DNA of 64,000 bases from the NCBI GenBank assembly GCA_965222605.1, contig OZ244960.1:192001-256000 (forward strand), read 5' to 3'. A program made the position numbers and the translations under genes. Below, piece after piece: positions 1-9,314 of this stretch. Under the pieces are notes generated by a model. The model saw only the letters and a list, made by a program, of their open reading frames with translations. It made no database searches and had not been told where the DNA came from. Source of the stretch: Candidatus Latescibacterota bacterium (GTDB lineage Bacteria; Latescibacterota; UBA2968). How positions within the stretch are numbered: the first letter of the stretch is position 1; each line of letters begins with the position of its first letter.

Positions 1-1038
1 AGGACGCGGCATTGGCCCAACGCCAATGAGATGATAACTCAGTCCCCCTGCTTCGCAAACCGCGTTGATACCTTCGATCAATCGATTTCCAATTTTCCAT
101 TGATAGGCAATGCCATTCCGCCTCTGAAGTTCCCCTATCACGACCTCCATTGCCGTCAAACTGAGTGGATCCCCATGCGCGGTACCTGTCATCCACACCG
201 ACTGGCACGCTTTTGACGCCAGAATCTCGCGCTTCCCAGCAATAAAACTTCCCGCATACCCATTGCAACACGCTTTGCCAAACGTCGCAATATCGGGTAT
301 AACCCCATAATATTCCCCCCCCCCGCCCATCGCCATGCGAAAACCCACCTTTGTCTCGTCAAACACGCAGACCGCGCCGTGTGCATGTGCCAAATCCACA
401 CACCCTTGCAAAAACCCATCCGGCGGCCCGCCCCCTTGAATCGTCTCCATCACCACACACGCCACCTGATTGTCATATTTCTTCAAACACGATTCCAGAG
501 CGTTTAAATCGCCGTAGGGAACCGCACAGGTCAACTCGCTGACAGTTTGCGGAACCCCCACATCGCCGGGACGTGCCCAATCGTGCCAGCCGTGATACCC
601 GCACGCAATCACTCTATCGCGTCCCGTATATACCCGCGACAGGCGCACAGCACCGGAAGTCGCCGCACTACCCCCAATAAAAAATCCCACCATCTCTGCA
701 CACGGAATCACTTCGATGAGCAATTCTGCAACCGTCAACTCCCGGGGATGAGCCAGACTGTACACCGTGCCATTCGCCACCTGCTCCTGTATTGCACTGC
801 AAACGGCAGGATCATCATATCCCAGAACAATCGGCCCGAAACCCATTACATAATCCAAATACTCATTGCCATCCACATCCCAAAACCGCGCCCCCGCCGC
901 GCGCTGGACAAATGCGGGATAGTCCATATCGACCTGGCCAAAAATATTCTTATGCGGAATGTACCCGCGAACCAGAACATCGCCATAGCGATTCAGCAGA
1001 GCCTTTGACTTTGCAATAGTATAATTCTTTTTTAACAT
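1..1038 (-). CDS. Class III PLP-dependent aminotransferase (glutamate-1-semialdehyde aminomutase-like); 3' end runs off the window
   Basis: Absent from the ORF track because it has no stop in the window. Manual translation from ATG at 1038 (GGAGG SD upstream) gives MLKKNYTIAKSK...GARFWDVDGNEYLDYVMGFGPIVLG...GYHGWHDW...VFDETKVGFR...PDIATFGKACCNG, all class III aminotransferase motifs. Confidence 0.9.
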   Translation of the reverse strand, partial: MLKKNYTIAKSKALLNRYGDVLVRGYIPHKNIFGQVDMDYPAFVQRAAGARFWDVDGNEYLDYVMGFGPIVLGYDDPAVCSAIQEQVANGTVYSLAHPRELTVAELLIEVIPCAEMVGFFIGGSAATSGAVRLSRVYTGRDRVIACGYHGWHDWARPGDVGVPQTVSELTCAVPYGDLNALESCLKKYDNQVACVVMETIQGGGPPDGFLQGCVDLAHAHGAVCVFDETKVGFRMAMGGGGEYYGVIPDIATFGKACCNGYAGSFIAGKREILASKACQSVWMTGTAHGDPLSLTAMEVVIGELQRRNGIAYQWKIGNRLIEGINAVCEAGGLSYHLIGVGPMPRP

Positions 1039-1223
1039 TTATTACCTCCTCCGCGTGTAAATTGAACCTCTTTTTCTAACAAATAAACTTCTCACACAGA
1101 CACAAGCACAAAATAGACTGCTTCCACGCTCCTATTGTACTTGCCACCCGTCTTTTCTTATCCTATTTTCGATTGGGTGGATGATTAACCTCTCACCTCT
1201 TACGTCTCACTACAGGAGCATTT

Positions 1224-2258
1224 ATGCCACGCGAACTCATTGCAGACCGACCGGGGCACACGACATTGCGAGAATACGATGAAGAACCCTTAAAACCCGA
1301 TCAAGTGCGTGCAAAGACCTTGTTTTCAGCGGTAAAACACGGTACTGAATTCCGGGGTTTTCAAGCCAATACACTCGATGCATCCGATATTTTTAGCTGG
1401 GAATGGCGCATGCACATGCGCGGGCAAAAACAGAAAGATGTGTTTCCAAAACGGTTGGGCAATATGTATCTCGCCGAAGTGACGGACGTGGGACAAAATG
1501 TGTCAAATATTCAGGTAAGAGATCGGATTTTTGGTCATGGATCTGTTCGAGAAACGCATACACTCTCGGCGGACCGCGTTGAAAAAGCACCGGATGGCGT
1601 CCCGTGGCAGGCTCTAATGGCTACAGACCCCGCGGGCGTTGCCCTCGGTGGCGTCAGAGACGCCAATATTCGCATTGGGGATCGCGTCGCAGTCTTTGGT
1701 CTGGGTGCAATTGGATTGATGACCGTACAACTCGCCCGCATCGCCGGCGCGCGCTGGGTTGCGGCAATAGACCCCATTGAAAAGCGATGCCTGATTTCTG
1801 AAGCCTACGGTGCGGACCTCGTCCTGGACCCGCGCGAATCCGATGTGGGCATGGTCATTAAGCAAGCCACTACAAAACTCGGCGTCGATGTCGCCATGGA
1901 AACCAGTGGATCGTCCGCCGCAATGACCGACGCCCTGCGTTCAACGCGCTATCAGGGCACCGTTGTATCCACAGCCTATTACAATACCCCTATGCAAAAC
2001 CTGCATTTGACCGGCGAATGGCATCGCAATCGGATTCGCATTATATCCGTGAGATCCGACAGCGAACCCTGGCTGGATTACGGATGGGACAAAAAGCGCG
2101 GAAATAAAGAAGCCTACGACCTGCTCGTCGAAGGCCGCCTGACCGCCGAGGGCTTAATCGATCCCGTCGTGCCATTTAATCGCGTTGCAGAAGCTTATAT
2201 GCAAATGAACGAACATCCCGACACAGGGATTAAACTCGGCGTTGACCACGCCCTCTAA
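1224..2258 (+). CDS. Zinc-binding alcohol dehydrogenase family (MDR) oxidoreductase
   Basis: GroES-like N-terminus with HGTE, Rossmann VAVFGLGAIG, GVDVAMETSG; GGAG SD. Confidence 0.85.
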   Translation: MPRELIADRPGHTTLREYDEEPLKPDQVRAKTLFSAVKHGTEFRGFQANTLDASDIFSWEWRMHMRGQKQKDVFPKRLGNMYLAEVTDVGQNVSNIQVRDRIFGHGSVRETHTLSADRVEKAPDGVPWQALMATDPAGVALGGVRDANIRIGDRVAVFGLGAIGLMTVQLARIAGARWVAAIDPIEKRCLISEAYGADLVLDPRESDVGMVIKQATTKLGVDVAMETSGSSAAMTDALRSTRYQGTVVSTAYYNTPMQNLHLTGEWHRNRIRIISVRSDSEPWLDYGWDKKRGNKEAYDLLVEGRLTAEGLIDPVVPFNRVAEAYMQMNEHPDTGIKLGVDHAL

Positions 2259-2280
2259 TGGGTGATCTCACCACTTTCTC

Positions 2281-4746
2281 ATGCGAAAAATTCAAACCAT
2301 AGCAATATGTCTATTTGTCCTGTGGAACACCACGGACCTGCTGGCGAGCGAGGGCACAGTGCAGCAAGTTTCGGGAGATCTCGTTTATGTCACGGGCTTA
2401 AATGGTTTGGCCCCGCTGTGGTCAAATCTCACGGTGCAGAATGGGCAGGCAGAAGGTGCAAAACTCGAAGTCATCAAAGAATTGCCAGAACTGGTCATAG
2501 CAAGAGTCGTAGAGGCCAACGGAACAGCCGTAAATACCGGCGATATGGTGATGTTGAGCAGTGCACGATCAGACGTATCGGATCGAAAATCCAGGCGGCT
2601 CGTCCACGCTGCCCGCGTTGACAAAAATCCCAATGTAGATGGCGTACTGGACGACCCCGTATGGTCGCGGGCAACGCCGATCAAGGGTTTTGTACAGCGC
2701 GATCCAAACTACTGGATGCCGAGTCCTGAACAAACAATCGCGCGGATTATCTACACAGACAAAAGCATCTACTTTGGCTTTGAATGCCTCGTCCCGGACT
2801 CCTCTCAATTTATCGCAAACAACATGCGACGAGATTCCGAAATCCGCGGCGATGACAATATTCAAATCCTGCTCGACACGTACAATGATCGGCAAAATGG
2901 CTTCTTTTTCTCTGTCAATCCCCTTGGGGCGCAAAGCGATTTGATGCTCTCCAACGCGGGGCGAACCTATAACCGCGATTGGGATTGCAATTGGGTCGCC
3001 CGCACCAAACACTATCCAGACCGATGGACGGCCGAAATCGAAATCCCGTTTAGCCAACTGCGGTTTAAGCAAGCAGAAGATATCGTATGGGGCATCAACC
3101 TCGCGCGCTATATTGCCCGCAAAAATCTGGCGACACAACTCGTCGTTGGCCTGCAAAGTTCCTCATCCACAGAGCGGTATCGAATGTCGGACATCGGCGA
3201 ACTTCACGGCCTCCAACACATTCGCGCCAGACGTCCGATTCGCCTCAAACCCTACGCTTTGCCGGGCACGACCATCGATGATCAGGCAATCGACCCCGCT
3301 GAAAGCCCCACATTTGAAACGGGCCTCGATCTGCGCTATGGCATCACGTCAAACATCTCGCTCGATTTGTCCTACAACACGGATTTCGCACAGGTAGAAG
3401 GCGACCAGGAACAAACCAACCTGACGCAGTTCCGCCTCTTTTTCCCCGAAAAACGCGAGTTTTTCCTCGAAGGAGCCAACCTCTTCCAATTTGGCGAACA
3501 AGCGCGAGTAACCGGCAGCGGTACCAGGCCGCCTACCCTCCTTTTTTATACCAGACGCATCGGCCTTGAAAAAGGAAAAAAAATCCCGATTCTATTCGGT
3601 TCAAAAATTGCAGGGAAAGAAGGACGAACAAGTATTGGCGGCCTAAATGTGTTGACCGACTCGGCATTGTTTGCAGACGATGGCGACACAATCCAGGTAC
3701 ACCGCACCAACTACTCCGTGCTCAGGATGAGACGCGACGTATTCGGGCGGTCAAACGTCGGCTTCATCGTGGTCAACAAGCAAATCGATGACCCCATTGA
3801 CGGATGGAACCGATACAATCGCGTCGGGGGCATTGATTTCAACTATTCTCCAACGTCAACCTTGAATTTCCAGGCCTTTGCAGCCCGAACATGGGATTCG
3901 CAAATTGAAGAGGCAGACGATGCGCGGTTTGTATCTATGAACTATCGCGGCACCAAGTATTGGGCGCGGTTCAAATTCCTCGATGTCGAGGAACAATTTG
4001 AACCTGCCGTGGGGTTTATCAATCGCAGAAGCGGATTGGACGGTTTCAGGCGCTATGATCTCTATGCGCGCTACAGACCCAGACCGAAATTCGGCAATAT
4101 TCGCTACATGTCAATCGGTCCCGAAGCGCAGATCTTTACAGACCGCGACAACAATGTGAAATACTGGACCGCCGAACTCTCGATATTTGCGATCTTCAAT
4201 ACCGGCGACTACTGGCGGATCGAATTGAACCGCACCCGCGATGTGGTCGATGAAGCATTCGAGCCATCCGCACGCCACGAAGACGTGAGCATCCCCTCCG
4301 GAACCTATACCTTCACGTCATTTGTCACGGGACCGCGCCCCAGCCGATCTCGAAAATTGCGCCCTGGCATCACCTTCGAGGCCGGCACATACTACACGGG
4401 AAGACGCTACACGATTCGCTCGGAAAGCACCTTTCGCCCCTCCGGCCAACTGTCTTATGAAGTGGAATATCAGGGCGACTGGATTCGATTACCGCAGGGG
4501 AACTTTAACATCCACACGCTCAGCAACCGCCTGCAGTACTCCTTTTCCACAGACTTTTTTGTCAAACTCTTTGTGCAGTGGAACAATGACAAAGAGTTCG
4601 CAAGCGCGAATTTTCTCCTCAACTACCGGTATCGCCCAGGCAGCGACATTTTTCTCGTCTTCGACAGCGCTTATGGCACCGATCCGACCTTAACCCGGCG
4701 AAACCGCTCGGTACTCCTCAAACTCTCCTATCTCTTGAGTCTATGA
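2281..4746 (+). CDS. Secreted/outer-membrane CBM9-like (DOMON) + DUF5916 protein
   Basis: Signal peptide; P.VDGVLDDPVW, LDTYND, WTAEIEIPFSQLRF, NTDFAQVE, LFFPEKREFFLEG, FYTRRIG; barrel-like C-terminus. Confidence 0.85.
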   Translation: MRKIQTIAICLFVLWNTTDLLASEGTVQQVSGDLVYVTGLNGLAPLWSNLTVQNGQAEGAKLEVIKELPELVIARVVEANGTAVNTGDMVMLSSARSDVSDRKSRRLVHAARVDKNPNVDGVLDDPVWSRATPIKGFVQRDPNYWMPSPEQTIARIIYTDKSIYFGFECLVPDSSQFIANNMRRDSEIRGDDNIQILLDTYNDRQNGFFFSVNPLGAQSDLMLSNAGRTYNRDWDCNWVARTKHYPDRWTAEIEIPFSQLRFKQAEDIVWGINLARYIARKNLATQLVVGLQSSSSTERYRMSDIGELHGLQHIRARRPIRLKPYALPGTTIDDQAIDPAESPTFETGLDLRYGITSNISLDLSYNTDFAQVEGDQEQTNLTQFRLFFPEKREFFLEGANLFQFGEQARVTGSGTRPPTLLFYTRRIGLEKGKKIPILFGSKIAGKEGRTSIGGLNVLTDSALFADDGDTIQVHRTNYSVLRMRRDVFGRSNVGFIVVNKQIDDPIDGWNRYNRVGGIDFNYSPTSTLNFQAFAARTWDSQIEEADDARFVSMNYRGTKYWARFKFLDVEEQFEPAVGFINRRSGLDGFRRYDLYARYRPRPKFGNIRYMSIGPEAQIFTDRDNNVKYWTAELSIFAIFNTGDYWRIELNRTRDVVDEAFEPSARHEDVSIPSGTYTFTSFVTGPRPSRSRKLRPGITFEAGTYYTGRRYTIRSESTFRPSGQLSYEVEYQGDWIRLPQGNFNIHTLSNRLQYSFSTDFFVKLFVQWNNDKEFASANFLLNYRYRPGSDIFLVFDSAYGTDPTLTRRNRSVLLKLSYLLSL

Positions 4747-4747
4747 A

Positions 4748-5935
4748 TCACGTCTTACCTATCACATTCTCAACAGCCAGCGCGACAGCCTCGCCTCCGC
4801 CAATGCACAGCGCGGCAATGCCAATGCGCTTGTCGGCGCGTTTTAAGGCGTGAATAAGAGTTACGAGAATGCGCGTGCCGCTCGCTCCAATAGGATGTCC
4901 CAGTGCGACAGCACCGCCATTGACATTGAGTTTTTTCGCCGGGATGCCGAGATCCTGAGCCGCCGCCATTGGAACTCCGGAAAAGGCTTCATTGATTTCA
5001 AACAGATCGATATCCGAAACAGTGAGGGAGATCCTGGACAAAAGTTTGGAGATGGCACCGATAGGCGCGAGCGTGAACCACTCCGGCTCCTGGGCATGTG
5101 TGGCATACCCTAAAATCTCAACTTCTGGCGCGATGCCGCAATATTCTGCTTTTTCGTCTGAAAGGACGATAACAGATGCTGCACCATCGTTAAGGCTCGA
5201 CGCATTGCCAGGCGTCACAGAGCCGTCTTTTGAAAATGCAGGGCGCAGTTGGCGGAGTTTACTCTCGTCAAATCTCAGGGGTTCCTCATCCCGGTCTATC
5301 GTTGTAATTGTCTTGCCAGAGGATGCTTTTACGGGTACAATCTCGCTGCGGAATCGGCCTTCTTTATCGGCGCGAAGTGCTCTTTTATAACTGCTGATGG
5401 CAAAATCATCCTGGTCTGCGCGCGAAAAATCGTAACGTTCAGCACATCGGTCGCCACATGTGCCCATGTGCAAATCATTGTACACATCCCATAAGCCATC
5501 GCGGATCATTGAGTCAACGAGTTCGCCTGCCCCAAGTCTATAACCCGTTCGCACATTTTCGAGAAGATAGGGCGCGCGGCTCATGTTTTCCGTGCCTCCT
5601 GCGAGAATTAAATCGGCATCGCCACACTGGATGGCCTGAGCGGCGAGCATAACGGATTTGAGGCCCGAACCACAAACTTTGTTGATCGTTGTCGCCCCCA
5701 CCGAAGTATTGAGACCTGCGCCAATAGCAACCTGACGCGCGACATTTTGACCCAGCCCCGCGCTGAGCACATTGCCAAAAATCACTTCATCGACTTCATC
5801 GCCGATTATGCCCGCCTGCGCTATCGAAGCCGCCGCAACAGCACTGCCCAGTTCAGGCGCAGATACCTCGGCAAAGCCCCCCATAAATCCGCCAATAGCT
5901 GTGCGCTTACTCCCGGTAATATAAATGTGTTTCAT
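4748..5935 (-). CDS. Acetyl-CoA C-acetyltransferase (thiolase)
   Basis: TINKVCGSG, GGTENMS, NDGA, EINEAF, GHPIGASG, CIGGG; start set at the ATG about 7 nt after GGAGG. Confidence 0.95.
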   Translation of the reverse strand: MKHIYITGSKRTAIGGFMGGFAEVSAPELGSAVAAASIAQAGIIGDEVDEVIFGNVLSAGLGQNVARQVAIGAGLNTSVGATTINKVCGSGLKSVMLAAQAIQCGDADLILAGGTENMSRAPYLLENVRTGYRLGAGELVDSMIRDGLWDVYNDLHMGTCGDRCAERYDFSRADQDDFAISSYKRALRADKEGRFRSEIVPVKASSGKTITTIDRDEEPLRFDESKLRQLRPAFSKDGSVTPGNASSLNDGAASVIVLSDEKAEYCGIAPEVEILGYATHAQEPEWFTLAPIGAISKLLSRISLTVSDIDLFEINEAFSGVPMAAAQDLGIPAKKLNVNGGAVALGHPIGASGTRILVTLIHALKRADKRIGIAALCIGGGEAVALAVENVIGKT

Positions 5936-6010
5936 GGCCATTCCTCCATTTTGTAAGACTCTCAAGATATATCCAAACCGGGAAATAACGCAAGAGGTAA
6001 GAGGTAAAAG

Positions 6011-6361
6011 GTGAAATATTTAATCGCCATTGCCCTGTATAGCATTCTGTGTACAGTGATCCTTCTGATGTCCTGTTCTGCCCCCCCCGATGGCAAAACC
6101 GTATTTATCGAATCGGGTTGTGCAAGATGCCATGAAATCAATGGCGCTGGCGGTTCTCAGGCACCGCGATTAGAGGGCTTGCAAAGCAAGTGGACACCCG
6201 AATCACTGGAAAAATTTCTGATTGATCCCCCTGCGTACGCAAAAAGCAATACCCGATTGCAGGCGTACGAAAAAAAATTTCCAACGCCGATGCCCAAACT
6301 TGAAATCGCGTCTGCACGGCGAAAAATACTCGTCCAATATCTCCTTAGAAGGTATCCATGA
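6011..6361 (+). CDS. Monoheme cytochrome c, probable lipoprotein
   Basis: Hydrophobic signal ending LMSC; CARCH heme motif; distal Met in TPMPK. Confidence 0.8.
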   Translation: MKYLIAIALYSILCTVILLMSCSAPPDGKTVFIESGCARCHEINGAGGSQAPRLEGLQSKWTPESLEKFLIDPPAYAKSNTRLQAYEKKFPTPMPKLEIASARRKILVQYLLRRYP

Positions 6362-6678
6362 GAAATCAGATCGCCAAAAAATACGAACGGATCTACAGAG
6401 AAGTTGCCAAAATCCCCGAAGGCACTGTGGCAACTTATGGACAGATTGCCGAACGGGTTGGATGTGGACCGCGCGAAGTGGGCAGGGCGCTGTCGGAATT
6501 GCCTCCTCATACATCCTGTCCCTGGCATCGGGTCATCAACGCGCGGGGAATGGTATCCATTCGCAGTGGAAATCACGTAGCCCATCACAATCAGGAAGCT
6601 CGCCTTGAACGAGAAGGTATTGTATTTGTCAATGGCCGCGTCGATCTCGAAATTTACAGGTGGGAGGCAAATTTTTAA
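6358..6678 (+). CDS. Alkyltransferase-like protein (ATL/YbaZ, MGMT family)
   Basis: IPEGTVATYGQIA, REVGRAL, and PWHRV with Trp replacing the catalytic Cys of PCHRV. Confidence 0.9.
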   Translation: MRNQIAKKYERIYREVAKIPEGTVATYGQIAERVGCGPREVGRALSELPPHTSCPWHRVINARGMVSIRSGNHVAHHNQEARLEREGIVFVNGRVDLEIYRWEANF

Positions 6679-6724
6679 GGCATGAAATTGGAATATCTCC
6701 GGCACGGGCGTGCAAATTTGTTTA

Positions 6725-6753
6725 TTGACAAGGTTACTCGGTTTTTTTATCAT
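6725..6753 (+). promoter_or_regulatory. Sigma70-like promoter of the HU gene
   Basis: TTGACA-17 nt-TATCAT. Confidence 0.6.
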
Positions 6754-6812
6754 TCACGCGCTTGATGAAATAGAAAAGAAATACGTCTGTAAATACTGAG
6801 AAAGGGGATGCG

Positions 6813-7109
6813 GTGACCAAAGCTGATATTGTCAATCAGATTGCCGAAGCTACGGGATTGACCAAAACGGATACCTCGGTCGTTGTAGAGGGCTTTCTCA
6901 CCTCGCTCATTGCGGCAATGCAGCAGGGCGAACACGTCGAAATTCGCGGTTTTGGCACGTTTAAGGTTGTTCACCGCGCACCGCGCACAGGTCGCAATCC
7001 CAAAACGGGCGAGGTTGTCAAAATTCCCTCGCGCGCAATGCCTGTGTTCAAGCCCTCACGCGAACTTCGTAGTTCTATTGCTGAGGTTTCTGTTCTTCCA
7101 TCCAGCTAA
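6813..7109 (+). CDS. HU/IHF family DNA-binding protein
   Basis: MTKADIV, VEIRGFGTF, RTGRNPKTGE, PVFKPS. Confidence 0.95.
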   Translation: MTKADIVNQIAEATGLTKTDTSVVVEGFLTSLIAAMQQGEHVEIRGFGTFKVVHRAPRTGRNPKTGEVVKIPSRAMPVFKPSRELRSSIAEVSVLPSS

Positions 7110-7130
7110 TGCACCCACAGGAGGTAGCTC

Positions 7131-7223
7131 TTGCCCAGCGGAAAAAAGCGCAAACGCGCAAAAATCGCAACGCATAAGCGAAAAAAAAGGCGCCGAAGAG
7201 ACCGACATAAAAAGAAGATCTAA
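7131..7223 (+). CDS. Small ribosomal protein bS22 (AURKAIP1/COX24/mS38-like)
   Basis: Below the ORF-track cutoff. GGAGG SD then TTG start; MPSGKKRKRAKIATHKRKKRRRRDRHKKKI matches the Bacteroidota-type MPSGKKRKRHK.ATHKRKKR pattern. Confidence 0.85.
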   Translation: MPSGKKRKRAKIATHKRKKRRRRDRHKKKI

Positions 7224-7398
7224 AGGCGAGTAGTTTAATTACCGCCGTTCACACCGGCATTATGCAATTAGCCCCTGACCCTGGACCTGGATATGCTGAT
7301 ATTGTCAGCCACAAACGGCTGTGATACGATTCGGTATAGACCATGAAGGCAGGGGCCTATCCGCAGTCTGTCCATCAGAGAGGGCAGGCAAATAATCT

Positions 7399-7475
7399 GC
7401 GGCATTAGCTCAGCTGGATAGAGCACTGGTCTCCGGAATCAGAGGTCACAGGTTCGAATCCTGTATGTCGCACCA
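7399..7475 (+). tRNA. tRNA-Arg(CCG)
   Basis: Acceptor GCGGCAT/ATGTCGC, D arm GCTC/GAGC, anticodon arm CTGGT-CTCCGGA-ATCAG, T arm ACAGG-TTCGAAT-CCTGT, encoded CCA. Confidence 0.95.
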
Positions 7476-7480
7476 CAACC

Positions 7481-7521
7481 AATGGGGCGAGAGTCATGAT
7501 TGACTCTCGCCCCATTTTTTT
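7481..7521. terminator. Intrinsic terminator between tRNA-Arg and convergent obgE
   Basis: AATGGGGCGAGAGTCA / TGACTCTCGCCCCATT hairpin followed by a T run. Confidence 0.8.
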
Positions 7522-7540
7522 AAACGGAGTGCTAAATCGA

Positions 7541-8530
7541 CTACGTATTTTCAGCGCGATCCTTTTGGATAAGGTCCCGCAACTTCAAAATGAGCGCGTC
7601 CAGACCTTGACCTGTGACAGAAGAAATTCCCAAATCCGTTTGACCTTGAAAAAATGGCCCCTTGCGGTGTTCGGGTGGCAACAAGTCCAGTTTGGTAGCA
7701 ATGAGCATCGCGGGTTTCTCGCGCAATTTGGGACTGAAACGATCGAGTTCTTCTTTTAAAATCGACAGGTCGTATTCTGGATTGGGACTGGCGACATCGA
7801 CCATAAAAAGGAGAACGCGCGTGCGTTCAATATGACGCAAAAATTGGAACCCAAGCCCTTTGCCCCGATGCGCCCCTTCAATCAGGCCCGGAATATCTGC
7901 CATAACAAAGCTATCGTAATCACCGCATTTGACAATGCCCAGATTGGGTTGCAGGGTCGTAAAGGGGTAATCGGCGATTTTGGGTTGCGCTGCAGAAACT
8001 CTGGAGAGCAGGGTCGATTTGCCCGCATTTGGATGGCCAACCAAACCGACATCAGCGATGAGTTTGAGCTCGAGTTCCAGATGGCATTCCCGCCCCGATT
8101 CTCCGGGCTGGACATACTCTGGCGCTCTATTTGTCGCCGTGGCAAAACGCGCATTGCCACGGCCGCCGCGACCGCCCTTGATCAAAACAACGCGCTGACC
8201 GGGTTCGGTCAAATCCGCGAGAATTTCACCCGTTTCTGCATCCTTGAGGAGCGTGCCAACCGGAACGGGAATTTCAGCATCGTCACCCCGTCGTCCTGCT
8301 TTCTTTTGACCCGACCCATGTTCTCCGGGTCCTGCACTCAGGTGTTGTCGATACCGGTAATCAAGCAGTGTGGATAAGCGGAAGTCTGCTATAAAAACGA
8401 CATCTCCTCCATTGCCACCATCGCCGCCGTCTGGCCCACCTCGCGGCACATGCTTTTCTCGGCGAAAGCTTTTACAACCACTGCCACCGCTGCCCGAACG
8501 GGCATAAATTCTGGTAAGATCAACGAACAT
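7541..8530 (-). CDS. obgE: GTPase ObgE/CgtA
   Basis: Gly-rich Obg domain GGPDGGDGG; GHPNAGKST, DYPFTTL, DIPGL, TKLD. Confidence 0.97.
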   Translation of the reverse strand: MFVDLTRIYARSGSGGSGCKSFRREKHVPRGGPDGGDGGNGGDVVFIADFRLSTLLDYRYRQHLSAGPGEHGSGQKKAGRRGDDAEIPVPVGTLLKDAETGEILADLTEPGQRVVLIKGGRGGRGNARFATATNRAPEYVQPGESGRECHLELELKLIADVGLVGHPNAGKSTLLSRVSAAQPKIADYPFTTLQPNLGIVKCGDYDSFVMADIPGLIEGAHRGKGLGFQFLRHIERTRVLLFMVDVASPNPEYDLSILKEELDRFSPKLREKPAMLIATKLDLLPPEHRKGPFFQGQTDLGISSVTGQGLDALILKLRDLIQKDRAENT

Positions 8531-8552
8531 GGGAAAATTAAGCGATCTGACG

Positions 8553-9311
8553 CTATGTTGCAGACTGCGCCTGTGCGCTATTCCTCAAGAGTAGAGCTTC
8601 TTCAATGGGGATGTGCTCATCTGCGCTGTTGACGAGATCCCTCGCCGTATTGTAGGTAAAGGAAATGACCTCAACGCGTGGCCCCAGAGTTTTAACGAGA
8701 TCGACCAGAGGCACAAAATCACCATCACCACTCACGAGAACCACGATATCGAGTTTACTGACAAATCTCATGATATCAATGGCCATGCCCATGTCCCAAT
8801 CGCCTTTGGCCGATCCATCGCTGCGCTGCCGCAAATCTTTTCTTTTTACTTCATAGCTCTTTTGTTGGAGCATCGAGATAAAGTTGCTCTGATCAACATC
8901 TGGCGATTGCACGACATAAGCAATAGCGCGGATCAATCGGCGTTTGCCCACGCTGAGTTCCAGCAATTTTCCAAAATCGAGACGCGCATTAAACGGTTTT
9001 GCAGCATAAAAGATATTCTGCACATCGACAAATATCCCAACTCGCAATTCAGCCGGGGGAATGGCTGTGCCTCGATCTAATCGGGCGCTGGCATTGGCCT
9101 GTAGATTGGCGATATTTTTTTGTATGGCATCGAGAGCAGAAAAAATTTCCCGGCGTTCTCGAGCGCCGCTAATAGCTTCTTTATAGACTCTGGTCTTGAT
9201 CTCTCGTAGGTCTCGGATTGGAACCTGCACTCTGGCAATCTGATCTAATTTTTGCTCGATACGCGCTATCGTCTCTTGTATTTGTTTAATCTGATCTTTA
9301 AAGTCTGTCAT
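8553..9311 (-). CDS. NYN domain (LabA/DUF88) protein with N-terminal coiled coil
   Basis: IFVDVQN, KGDWDMGMAID, LVSGDGDFVPL. Confidence 0.88.
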   Translation of the reverse strand: MTDFKDQIKQIQETIARIEQKLDQIARVQVPIRDLREIKTRVYKEAISGARERREIFSALDAIQKNIANLQANASARLDRGTAIPPAELRVGIFVDVQNIFYAAKPFNARLDFGKLLELSVGKRRLIRAIAYVVQSPDVDQSNFISMLQQKSYEVKRKDLRQRSDGSAKGDWDMGMAIDIMRFVSKLDIVVLVSGDGDFVPLVDLVKTLGPRVEVISFTYNTARDLVNSADEHIPIEEALLLRNSAQAQSAT

Positions 9312-9314
9312 ATG

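Noticed and set aside
31-1019. Plus-strand ORFs 31-216, 351-542, 547-1008, 792-1019 and minus-strand ORF 189-419
   Set aside because: Shadow frames of the minus-strand aminotransferase.
6910-7233. 107-aa ORF overlapping HU
   Set aside because: An alternative frame; the region is explained by HU and bS22.
7261-7395. SRP RNA, tmRNA or 6S RNA
   Set aside because: No SRP tetraloop-GGAAGCAG helix, no tmRNA tRNA-like ends and no long bulged rod; kept only as an unknown structured candidate.
7399-7520. tRNA-Arg as an integration site of an island
   Set aside because: No duplicated tRNA 3' end or integrase seen; it is followed directly by a terminator and obgE.
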